From assembly GCF_009834535.1 (NCBI RefSeq), contig NC_045707.1, positions 49,416,001 to 49,480,000 of the forward strand: a stretch of DNA of 64,000 bases, read 5' to 3'. This stretch comes from Camelus ferus. Its lineage: Eukaryota. This document shows, piece after piece, positions 53,752 through 64,000 of this stretch (the first letter of the stretch is position 1; each line of letters opens with the position of its first letter). The position numbers and the translations under genes were made by a program. Under the pieces are notes generated by a model. That model worked only from the letters and a program-made list of their open reading frames with translations. It was not told the origin of the DNA and did not search any database.

Positions 53752-55975
53752 GATTTTGAGTTATGCCCCCTAAAAAGTATGTTCAAGTCCTAACCCTTGG
53801 TACTTGTGAATGTGGCCTTATTTGGAAGTAAGGTCCTTGCAATTAATTAAGGTCCAATGTAATTAAGACCCTCGAGATAATACCATATTGTATTTAGGAT
53901 AGGCCCTAAATCCAATGACAGATGTCATTACAAGAAGAGGAGTGGGCACAGAGACACAGCGAAGAAGGCCATGTGAAGACAGGGGCACAGATTAGAGTTA
54001 TGAGACCACAAGCTAAGGAATGCCAGGAACCACTGGAAGCTGAAAGAGTTGAGGGAGGATTCTTCCCTCGAGCCTTTGAAGGGAGCATGGTCCTGCCAAT
54101 GTCTTGATTTCAGACTTCTGGCCTCTGTAGTTGTAAGACAGTCAGTTTCTCTTGTTTTAAGCCACCCAATTTGTGGTAATTTTTTTCAACAACCTGAGAA
54201 AGCTACTACAGATTTTGGTACCAAGAAGTGGGGTGCTGTTATAACAAGTATCTACAAATGTGGAAGTGTCTTTGGGATATGGTAATGGGTAAAGGTTGGA
54301 AGAATTTTGAGGTACATGATTTTAAAAGGCTACATTGCTTTAAAAAGAAAGTTGGTGGAATGACATTCTCCAGGAACATCTACGTTGCTGCAAATGGCGT
54401 TATGTTGTCGATTTTTATGGCTGAATAGTATTCCATTGTATAAATATACCACATCTTCTTTATCCAGTCATCTGTTGATGGACATTTAGGCTGTTTCCAT
54501 GTCTTGGCTATTGTAAATAGTGCTGCTATGAACATTGGGGTGCAGCTGTCATTTTGAAGTAGGATTCCTTCTGGATATATGCCCAGGAGCGGTATTCCTG
54601 GGTCATATGGTAAGTCTATTCCTAGTCTTTTGAGGAATCTCCATACTGTTTCCCACAGTGGCTTTAGTGAAGTAAGCCATAAAGAGAAAGAAAAATACCA
54701 TATGAGATCGCTCATATGAGGAATCTAAACAAAACAAAACAAAACAAAACATAAATACAAAACAGAAACAGACTCATAGACATAGAATACAAACTTGTGG
54801 TTGCCAAGGAGGCAGGGGGTGGGAAGGGACAGACTGAGATTTTAAAATTCAGAATAGATAAACAAGATTATTCTGTATAGCACAAGGAAATATATACAAG
54901 ATCTTGTGGTAGCTCACAGCAAAAAAAAAAATGTGACAATGAATATGTATATGTTCATGTATAACTGAAAAATTGTGCTCTGCACTAGAATATGACACAA
55001 CATTGTAAAATGACTATTACTCAATAAAAAATGTAAAAGAAAGAAAGTTTGGGGTTGGATAATCACTAAAAAAAAAGAAAGTTGGTGGAAATATGTATAT
55101 TATATTAAAGGTGATTCTGGTGAGCGTTCAGGAAGTGAGAAGCATACAAAGCTTTTATCATGTTTAAGAATACATACACGGTCATGAACATAATGTTGCT
55201 GGAAATATGAACATTAGAGCTGTTTCTGGTGCGATCTTAGAAGGAAATGAAGAGCATGGTATTCAAACCTGGAAGAAAGGTGATCCTTGTTACAAAGTGG
55301 CAGAAAATGTAGCTGAGTTGCGTTCTGCTGTTGTATAGAAAGCAGAATTGATAAGCAATGAACTTGGGTATTTAGCTGAGTAAATTTCCAAAGTGTTGAA
55401 GACACAGCCCTATTTCTCCCTGCTGCTCTTAGCAAAAAGCAAGAGGAAAAAAATAAATAAATAAATTGAAGAAGGAACTTCTAAGCAAAAAGGAACCAGC
55501 ACTTGATGATTTGGAAAATTCTCAGCCATTCCAGTTTGCGAAAGATGCTTAAGTGTGTTTTAGAGACAGGTCTGAGGGTATAGCTGGGCATACTTCTACT
55601 GAGGAGATTAGGTATGGGACTCAAGGATCCAATCAAACATTGAGCAGAGACCCAATGCAGAGACAGACTTATTCAGGAAAGATCTGTGGAGGACCCTCTT
55701 GTTTCATGGTGTAGTTATCCTGACACACGTGGGAGAGCCATGGGTTTTGAGAATGCTGTATCACCAAAACCACTTTCAGCTTGGAATGAAGGGGACAGAG
55801 ACAAGATAAAATGAACAAATGCTGTTATATCTCTGGAATTCTACAGGGGAAAGAGATAATCCTCCTTGGCTACAAGTGTGATATCCTTCAAGAAAACAGA
55901 AGAATGACTTAAAGGGCAGAGCCACCCTTGGTGAAGGGGCTGCCAAGGGGCCAGAGAGCAGAGTTAACCCTTTCC
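53752..55975 (+). mobile_element. MLT1C LTR (to 54210) plus MLT1 internal sequence, interrupted by an L1
   Basis: The LTR ends gctactaca and is followed by the MaLR-internal start gattttggtaccaagaagtggggtgctg. The internal sequence resumes after 55090. Confidence 0.8.
54361..55071 (+). mobile_element. Young camelid L1 insertion with a 5' inversion
   Basis: Perfect 19-bp TSD aaaaagaaagttggtggaa (54342-54360, 55072-55090). The inverted segment encodes the ORF2 C-terminus (PLWETVWRFLK...WKQPKCPS...MEYYSAIK). The sense 3' part starts near 54664. Confidence 0.95.
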
Positions 55976-56087
55976 TGCACAAGGGGGCACTGCTTGGTTA
56001 CTGCTAGTGTCTTGAACTCAAAGAAAAGTTCTAGATCTCTTGGGAGAGGGTAACAACCAGTTGGTGTTAGGATCCCAAAAGGAAATA

Positions 56088-56089
56088 GG

Positions 56090-56133
<44 letters not shown>
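56088..56133. repeat. (AGAT)n tetranucleotide STR, about 11 units
   Basis: Seen directly in the sequence. Confidence 0.95.
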
Positions 56134-56135
56134 AT

Positions 56136-56726
56136 TATATTAGCTTCTACTGCTGTGTATCAAATTACCACAAAATGAGCAGCTTAAACCAGCACCCATA
56201 TATTAGCTTACCGTTCTGTAAGTTCGAAGTATCTGATCAGAAGGCTGCAATTGAGGTGTTGGCCAGAGGTACTATCTCTTCTAAGGCTCAGGGTTGCCTT
56301 TCAAGTTCATTGGTTGCTGTCAGAATTCAGTTTCCTGCAGTCCTAGGATGGAGGTGCCTGTTTCCTTGCAAGCTGTCAACTGGGAGCCATTCTCAGTTCC
56401 TAGGAACTGCCTTCATTCTTTACCATTCTTTTCTTCATCTTCAAAGCCATCAATAGAGAATCACCATTGAATTAAATCCTTCTTAAGCATCTGATATTTC
56501 ATGCCAGGAAGGACCATGCCATGCTTTTAAAGGTTCATCTGATTAAGCCAGGCCCACTAACAACATTCTCTCTTTTTTAAAGACAGTTGGTTTGGGATCT
56601 TAATTACTTTTGCAGAATACCTTCACAGTGGTACCTAGGTTAGTATTTGCTTGAATAACTGGGAGAAAGTGTGTGTACTTCAGGGGCTGGGAAATTAGGG
56701 ACCAACTTACAATTCTGCCAACCACA
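56136..56726 (-). mobile_element. MLT1E-type MaLR LTR
   Basis: caaattaccacaaaatgagcagcttaaacc...cagaattcagtttcctgcag...aattctgccaaccaca. Confidence 0.8.
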
Positions 56727-58189
56727 CTGAAAGTTTTAGAGTAAATGCCAACTGCTGCTACTGAGGGAACTACCACTGCTAAGTGAAGGTGTATTGCTGG
56801 GAGACCCTAGGAAGAACAAGAAAACAGGAAGTAAACAGCAACAAGAAGCAAATAGAGGAATAAAATAACAAGAAGCAAGTCCCTTCTCCTCACACTGGCC
56901 TTCCAGTTTTCCCTAGTGCCACCTCCTAGCAGAGTGGAAATATGCCTTGCAAAGTCCTGACCCCAACAGGGTATATATAATAGGGTTTGAAGCTGAGAGG
57001 CTATAGTTTAATAGAGGTCCCAGATGGTACTCCTGGGCACATCAGCATTATTGGCCAGGTTGGAGAAGGGATGCAGGTCAGGGAGGGCAGGATGCACGTA
57101 GCCAGCTGGGTGTAGAGAAAGAGTTCACAGCAGTGTCAAAGGAACATCCAGAGAGCTAGAACAAAAGCCAAGATGATTGGGGAGATCATTATTCCCCTAA
57201 CATAGCCAGGAAATTCTGTTGATCTAGATGCATTTTAACTATTTTTTTCTATTGCAGTAATGATCCAAAGTAACCCTAATTATCATATAAAAATGGAAAT
57301 AAATTGGAATGCTTTCCTTAGATTTCCCATATGACTTCAAGGTAGAAGGATAATGTGTTTGTTTATGTTTCTGTGTAAGAGATTCAAATGAGATGAGGGA
57401 TGTCCTCTGAGTGATCTGTACAAAACTAAAAGGGAATATAAAAAGTTGTGACAGAGATTAAAAGCCACCAGAAACAGAAAGAAATGTTCATTCCCAAATT
57501 CATTAGGAGGTAATGGAGCACGCTTTTTTGGAGGATGAAAAATTGCCTTTAATTTTGTTATTTTATACAACAATTTAAGGCAGTAGTTTTTGAAGTTCAG
57601 ACAAATTGTGATTTACAGAGGTTAATATAATTCCAAAAAAAAAAAAAAAGATCAAAGCAGACAGAGAAGATATGAGAAGGAAATTGAGAGACATGGGATG
57701 ATATCTAGGGAAGAGCACCATCAAGTAACACTTCTCCTTGTTCATTAAAAAAGAAATTATATGCTTAAATAGCCTGTAATAAAAGCACAAAACTGAAAAA
57801 AAAAGCTGTGCAGAGCCTATTTTTAATTCTAGAAATTAAACTTTAAAATGTGCACACAATGATGTCAAATTTATCTGGAGTTTAACAAATTCCTATTTTC
57901 TAGAAATTAGGACATATGCAAGTAGAAACTCATAAATTTATATCCACTTACTCCTCTTCTGAATTGAAGAAGAGGTAAGTTTTTAAGGTAACAATGTGAT
58001 CTCTGATTATTTAATCTGTCCTGTCAGAGACAAGTGTTGTAGGGCTTAAAACCCACCATTAGATGACTGATTGGAAAGAAAACTGTTAGAAGAAAAGTCA
58101 ACAGTAAAGCCAGCAACAGATTAATAAATAATGTGATTAACTTCCGAGATTTCTCATGAAGATTGTTAGAATTAAGAAATTAAAGAGTC

Positions 58190-58665
58190 TCATGCTGCTT
58201 CTTTGATCTGGCCCCCACCCCTACATCATTGCCTGCTCCTTTTCCCAGCGGGAGTTGATGCCAGCCAGAGTAGCTTCTCTGTTCTTTCCAAATATACCTA
58301 GCAGGCTCCTTCCTCGGGGCCTTTGCCTCTGCTGTTAAGATGCCTGGCATACTCTCTAAATCCAGAGCTCTATGTAAATGTCACTTCTACACATAGTACT
58401 TACTTGATAATTCTGTATGAAATACTCACTCCACTTCTATGCCCATCCCATCTTTCATTATTGCTTCACCTGCTTTATTTTTCTTCCTATGGATATTCAA
58501 TACCCAAGCCATAGCATGGGTTTGTTTATTCATCTGTCTTTCTCTTCACTCTAGAATGAAAGATCTAAGAGAGTAGGAACTTACTCTGTTTAGTTTATTG
58601 TTGTTTCCCTAGAACCTAAAACCGTGCTTGACCCTGAAAAATCTCTCGGTAAATATCTGTTGATC
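58190..58665. mobile_element. L2 3' fragment
   Basis: gggcctttgcctctgctg...ctagaatgaaagatc...ccctagaacctaaaaccgtgcttg...aaatatctgttga. Confidence 0.7.
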
Positions 58666-60147
58666 TCATCATTATTTTAGTCTGTTGCAGTCTGTATTTC
58701 CCCAGGACCAAATTTAATATCTTGATGATCATAGCATGAATAGTCCACACTTATTAATGTCTTGCTGTGGATGTAGCACTGAGTGAAGCACTTCACAAAT
58801 ATCTCAGTCCCTACAGGCCTGTGAAGCAAGTATTAGCATCCCCATTGTATAGATAAGGAAACAAAGCCAGAGAGATGGATACACTTGGCCAAGGTCACTG
58901 TAGCTTGCACAGAACTAAGCCAGGATCTCAGCCCAGTTCTGGCTGATTCTCACCACTTCTTTGGGTACTCTTGCAGCTGAAATGAATTCTATAAAAAAAT
59001 TACCTATTCACTGATTTCTGTGTTTCATTGAGGCTGTATCCTTTCCCACAGGTCTAACTGATATGCTCTCTTTGTACCTTTCCTTCCCTCGGGGCTTTTG
59101 CTAGTCCCTATGGTACCTTTGTATGATTTGAAAGGAGCACCCTTTAGGTGGACTAATTAGAGAAAGATGTTTCCAGTGGCAGTCCAGTCATAAGAGCAGA
59201 AAATGCCTTTGTGCAAAGAAAAAATTCCCCCTTTCTCCTGGGTGTCCCAGCCCCTTTCCAAGAAATATGGCTTGTTTAGTGGCATGTGAATTGGATTTCA
59301 GCAGCCATTTGACTCTAGGACTGGTGCCCGTTTCCCCAGCACAGCTGCACAACTTCCATCATCTTCTTGTACATTTCCGCCTTGCTTACTCTGCTGTGTC
59401 TACATTTACATTTCTGTTTTTCCCTAGAACACTCCAAGCATGCTCCCACCTTAGGGCCTGTGCATTTGCTGCTTCTTTTGTTCAGGAAATCTCTTTCCCA
59501 GATATTCTCATAAATCATTTGGGCTCTGCGCAAATATCACTTCTCAAAGAAGCCTCTGACAATCTGATCTAAAGATAACACAGCGTTATTAATTTTTGTC
59601 TTACGCTGCTACATTTTTCTTTGTGTCAATCATCAGTATTGGCTTGATACTAGGTATTAGAAATGCATTTGATTTTTTTTGTGGGAGGCATTTTGTATTG
59701 TTTTATATGTGAGGACTCAGTTCTGCTAGCACATTTTTCTTTCTGAATTGAAGTTAAGTTGTCTGTGTCTGTGAAGTAATTTAATCTTCAGTTACTGCAA
59801 ATACACCATCTATGTTGTAAGCTGACTGCAATTCTTTACTCATTAACCTAGGGACAGTTGAAATAAAGCAAATAATGTCTTTGTCATAAATGCAATGAAT
59901 TTGACTATAAGATAGATATGTGTATGTTATAGAATGTGCTTATATTAATTTTAATATAATATGTAAACACAAAATTTTTAAATGCTTATCAATGAATTTT
60001 GGACACTCCCCATATAATCTCTCCATACTTTGAAAAATATTGTATTTCTTATTTTTTTTTGAATTTTTATAGAGAATAAGTGAGAAAACAAATGACTGAA
60101 AAATAGTAAGTGAACAGTAAATGTGAATCCTGACTTTGTTCCCCAGG

Positions 60148-60190
60148 ACACACACACACACACAAGGACACACACACACACACACACACA
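60148..60190. repeat. Interrupted (CA)n microsatellite
   Basis: Seen directly in the sequence. Confidence 0.9.
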
Positions 60191-61559
60191 GGTCATAATA
60201 TACTCTTACACAGCCTTTATCACAGATTCTGGAAAGGCAGAGCCAGACTCAAGAAAGGCTGTCTATTTAATCATCAGTGATTAAATTTATGATTAAAATA
60301 AATGAATAAAAACAGAAATGCTGCCAGTAAGCTTACATTTTGATTATATTTTTATTTCTTAGTATTTACTCTAAAGTTACCAATTCTGTGATTCTTAGTT
60401 ACTCAATTGCTGACGTCTTTAATTCATTGCTTCTAGGTTTGTCCAGTGAGTACACAAACATAGGTCTTTGGAATCTCATAAAATCCATTCTTTTATTTCT
60501 TATATAATAGTGGAGGGAATTTAAATTTAGTTTAAAATAATTTAAACAAAAGCTAGAAAAATGTCTGAAAAATAATATGCTGCATAGCATATATTTGTAT
60601 CCAGTGTACTTAAAAAGATAAAAACTCACATTTTCACAATTTTGTAATGGTAAGAAATGTGACTAAAATCATTTTATTTCCTTTTAGATATAATGTAGCC
60701 CTTTTATGATTTAAAATTATGGGGAAAATATGCAAAATGAAGAACATTTGAGAAGATTTCTAGAAAAATAGCACATATTCTTCAAAAGCTCAAAAATATT
60801 TTGCAGCTGGTGATGGACATTTAAATGATATTATTTCTCATATGTTTTCTGCAATCAAAATCTCTTTGCTTAGCTGATTCTGAAATAAATGCCAGTTAGT
60901 CAATACTTTCATGGTCTTTTAATTATTTAGAACTAAAATGAGTTTATGACCTTTGGTGCATCCAATACAGACTTTGTAATTTTCTTTAGTTTTTACTGTA
61001 ATTCTAATGTATTATAAACTACAAACATGAATTATAAAGAGGTAACTTGGGGGAAAAGAAAAAGATGAATGGAAAGAAGCATGATTCACAGGAGAATATA
61101 ATTACCAAATCTTCATTTGTTCCTTAAATTAAAATTTATTCTCCTAACCTGAGTTATTACAACAAATCTCCATGAGAATCTTCCCTTTGCACATAAAGAT
61201 AGCCATGTTACAATATACTGTGTTATCATGAATAGTAAACCCAAACTCATGAATTCTGTCTTGGTAGACCAGAGATGAAAGCTATTGTTACAAATGCTGT
61301 ACCAGAGCTGAGACAAATAACTATGGATGAAAACAGAGGATCTTGGTCTCTACTACAGATACAAATCAAACGAGATATTTCTCTAGTCTCTTCCTTAGTA
61401 AGAATAATACAACCCTTTTGATTCTGGATGAAAAGGTAAAGAAAAACTGTATTTCATTCTAGATAGCCAACAAATAAAACCCTTTATTTTGATGATTGAG
61501 AGTTATACTTGTATTACATAATAAATAAATTATACATTTATTATATATTAAACATGTAA

Positions 61560-62224
61560 CAGTAACCCACCTTATTGTTGGAGGAATTTGTTCCAAGTCA
61601 CCAAGTGGGTGCCTGAAACTGCAGATAGTACTGAACCCTAATTTCCACTCACAAATTTAATGCTTTTTTTTCCATCTTAACTCAGCACTTGTCACGCACT
61701 GTGGCTGTAACTTTTGCAGTTTGAGATATGACCATAAAACTGGCACAAATTTCTTTTTCTTTTTCACAGTTTCACAGACAGAAGATTTGTTCTTAACATA
61801 GATCTTTGAAATTCAGCATAGGATATTTTTCTTTCCTTATTACTAGAGAACTTTCACCTCTTCACTTAAAGGAAGCACTTTGCAGCTTCTCTTTGACTTA
61901 TCCAAATTGCCAGCATCATTACTCTTGCACTTTGGAGCCACTATTAAGTAAACTTGAAAACTAGCACTGAGATACCATGACAGTTAATCTGATAACCCAG
62001 TTGGCTACTAAGTGACTAACAAGTGGAATAAGCTGGACAAAGGGATGATTCACATCCCAGGGGGGATGGAGCATGACAGTGTGAGATTTCATCCTGGTAC
62101 TCAGAATGGCTTGACTTTTAAAGCTTATGAATTCTTTATTTCTAGAATTTTCCGTTTAATAATTTTGGACCCTGGTTGATCTAGAGCAACTGAAAACACA
62201 ACTGCAGATAAGAGAGGACTATTG
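61560..62224 (+). mobile_element. MER44 (Tigger7-derived, TcMar) DNA transposon
   Basis: Terminal inverted repeats cagtaacccaccttat / ataagagaggactattg; internal gtgggtgcctgaaactgcagatagtactgaacccta. Confidence 0.85.
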
Positions 62225-63469
62225 TATATACTACATATACTTTATACATAAACTTCTATCACATATATTAAGTATTTAAGTATATGTATTATATAGTTGT
62301 ATATATATACTAAACTTCTGTAATATGAGATAGCCAAAAACACAATAACTTAAATATGATAGGCATTTATTTTTATCTCACATGGCAGTCCAGAGATGTG
62401 CAGAGCTGTCAGGGAAGTTCAGTTCCCCAGGTTTTTTAGGGGCACAGTCCTTCTATGTTACAGCTTCATCATCATTATGGACATTGTCTTTACTTCCAAA
62501 GTAGAAACTGACAGCTTCCACATTCCTGTTCTACTCTATAGAAAGAGAAAAGAGAAGGTCCAGGAGAAAAGGACCATCTCCTTGAAGCAGATTCATTGGA
62601 AGTTATAAGTATCAGTTATACATGCACATACTAAATGCAATCACAAGCCTCACCTAGCTGCAAAGCAGACTAAAAATCAACTGTAGCTGGGTGACATGTG
62701 TCTGTAATAACTCAAAAGAGTCTATTACCCAGAGGACAGGGGAAATGGAGACTGCTGATCTACGTTCCTCCCAACCCTCTCTCTTTCTCTCTCTCTCTCT
62801 CATCATAAGTCAAATCAAACTCAAGAATTAGCCAGTGAGATGAAACAAGTGCTTTACCGGCCAAAAAAACAAAATCAGCTTCAAACGAGGAGTCATACAT
62901 TTTATACTAAATATGAAAAGTGCAGATTCCATTCCAAAAAGCATATCCTAAATTCTTAAATTATGAGTAGGAAGAGAAATGTTAAGAGCTAGGACCTAAA
63001 ATCCCTGAGGGACCAGGCATGTTCTGCACCATTCATTCAAGCTGTCTTTCATAGAGCAGCATGGCAGAGTAGAGAGAACTTTGATTTTCTTATCTGAAAC
63101 ATATAATGCCAATATCGTGGGATTTTGTGAGGGTTAGCTAGAACTGATTTACAAAAACACATGATATATATATAGTATGCATTTATCCAACACAATGCCT
63201 GGCACATACTAGGCATCTTATAAATGATAAAAGTTCCCATTAGTGTTACTTTAAACAAACATTTACTTAAGAATTGCATTACTAGTCATTGGTATTTAGT
63301 GATGATGCACAGACAAAATAAACATCCCAGTACTCAAGGAGCACTCAGAGTCTAGGCGTAATGCTAATCAGAAAAGTAAACAGTTTTAATAATATGTAAT
63401 AAAAATTACAATAAATTTAAGCTCATTATACTATGTGGTCTCAAAGGAAAGTCACCTACTCAGTGAAAT

Positions 63470-63472
<3 letters not shown>

Positions 63473-63513
<41 letters not shown>
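63473..63513. repeat. (GT)n microsatellite, about 20 units
   Basis: Seen directly in the sequence. Confidence 0.95.
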
Positions 63514-63516
<3 letters not shown>

Positions 63517-64000
63517 CCTACCAGCTCTATCAATACCATATTTTTTAAATTTATCTTTGAATATTTTTTATTTTTATATTCATTTTATATTCAGAAAAAG
63601 AAAAAGTACTGAAATCAATGATAACACAATTGAGTCAAAGATTAAAATGGTCAAGGCATGTCAACTCACTAACCTTTAGCATCAATCAGACACTCATTGT
63701 GCTACATTAGTTTACTCTGGGCTGACTTTACAAGAAAATAACAAGTTTAAAAGCCTATTTGAAATGCTGGATATATAACATCAAAAATAGTGGCTAAAAC
63801 TTGACTCTCATGGAGGAGGATAAGCAGATAAATTCCAGAAATTGAAGGGTCACAATAAAGAAGATACAGAGATAGCTAAAAGTATAGAGATCAACGTTAA
63901 ACTATTCCTATTATACAAAGCATGAAGAAAGGAGTTCCCAGGTTTATAGAAATGTCACAGAAATACAGCATACCACTGATTCTCTATACCAAGAAATAAA

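Larger units (their letters stand above)
53143..57015 (-). mobile_element. LTR78-like LTR split into three pieces (about 53143-53440, 55980-56087, 56727-57015)
   Basis: tgtcatggtccactcaggagacagaaaccacac...ctcagacctctgaggagggg resumes as gggggcactgcttggttactgctagtgtc, and later as aagcaagtcccttctcctc. Confidence 0.65.

Noticed and set aside
1..64000. CRISPR arrays, operons or prokaryotic defence systems
   Set aside because: The sequence is mammalian, with no regular repeat-spacer arrays and no ORF above about 160 aa.

Overview
AT-rich, repeat-dense mammalian DNA, intergenic or intronic. It is very probably camelid (alpaca/camel), judged from tRNA-Ala-derived Vic-1-type SINEs and the lineage-typical L1 3' end. 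I recognise no cellular protein-coding gene. Nearly all ORFs in the track are chance ORFs or retroelement remnants. The main structure is an old two-LTR ERV1 (MER34/MER4-group-like) provirus at 18555-24861 with an ATAC target-site duplication (TSD). It has no recognisable gag or most of pol, but keeps an integrase C-terminal remnant, a decayed gamma-type env and a nested L1. The most unusual feature is that its 5' LTR and leader form the only CpG island in the window (about 58 CpGs in 1.08 kb by hand count), while the same-age 3' LTR has lost all its CpGs. This suggests a germline-unmethylated, possibly exapted promoter with an intact splice donor. Other points are two twin-primed (5'-inverted) L1 insertions, one with a probable 3' transduction, and a multi-layer nest of elements at 53.1-57.0 kb. 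Repeat subfamily names come from remembered consensus sequences and need RepeatMasker/Dfam confirmation. Boundaries of old repeats are approximate.
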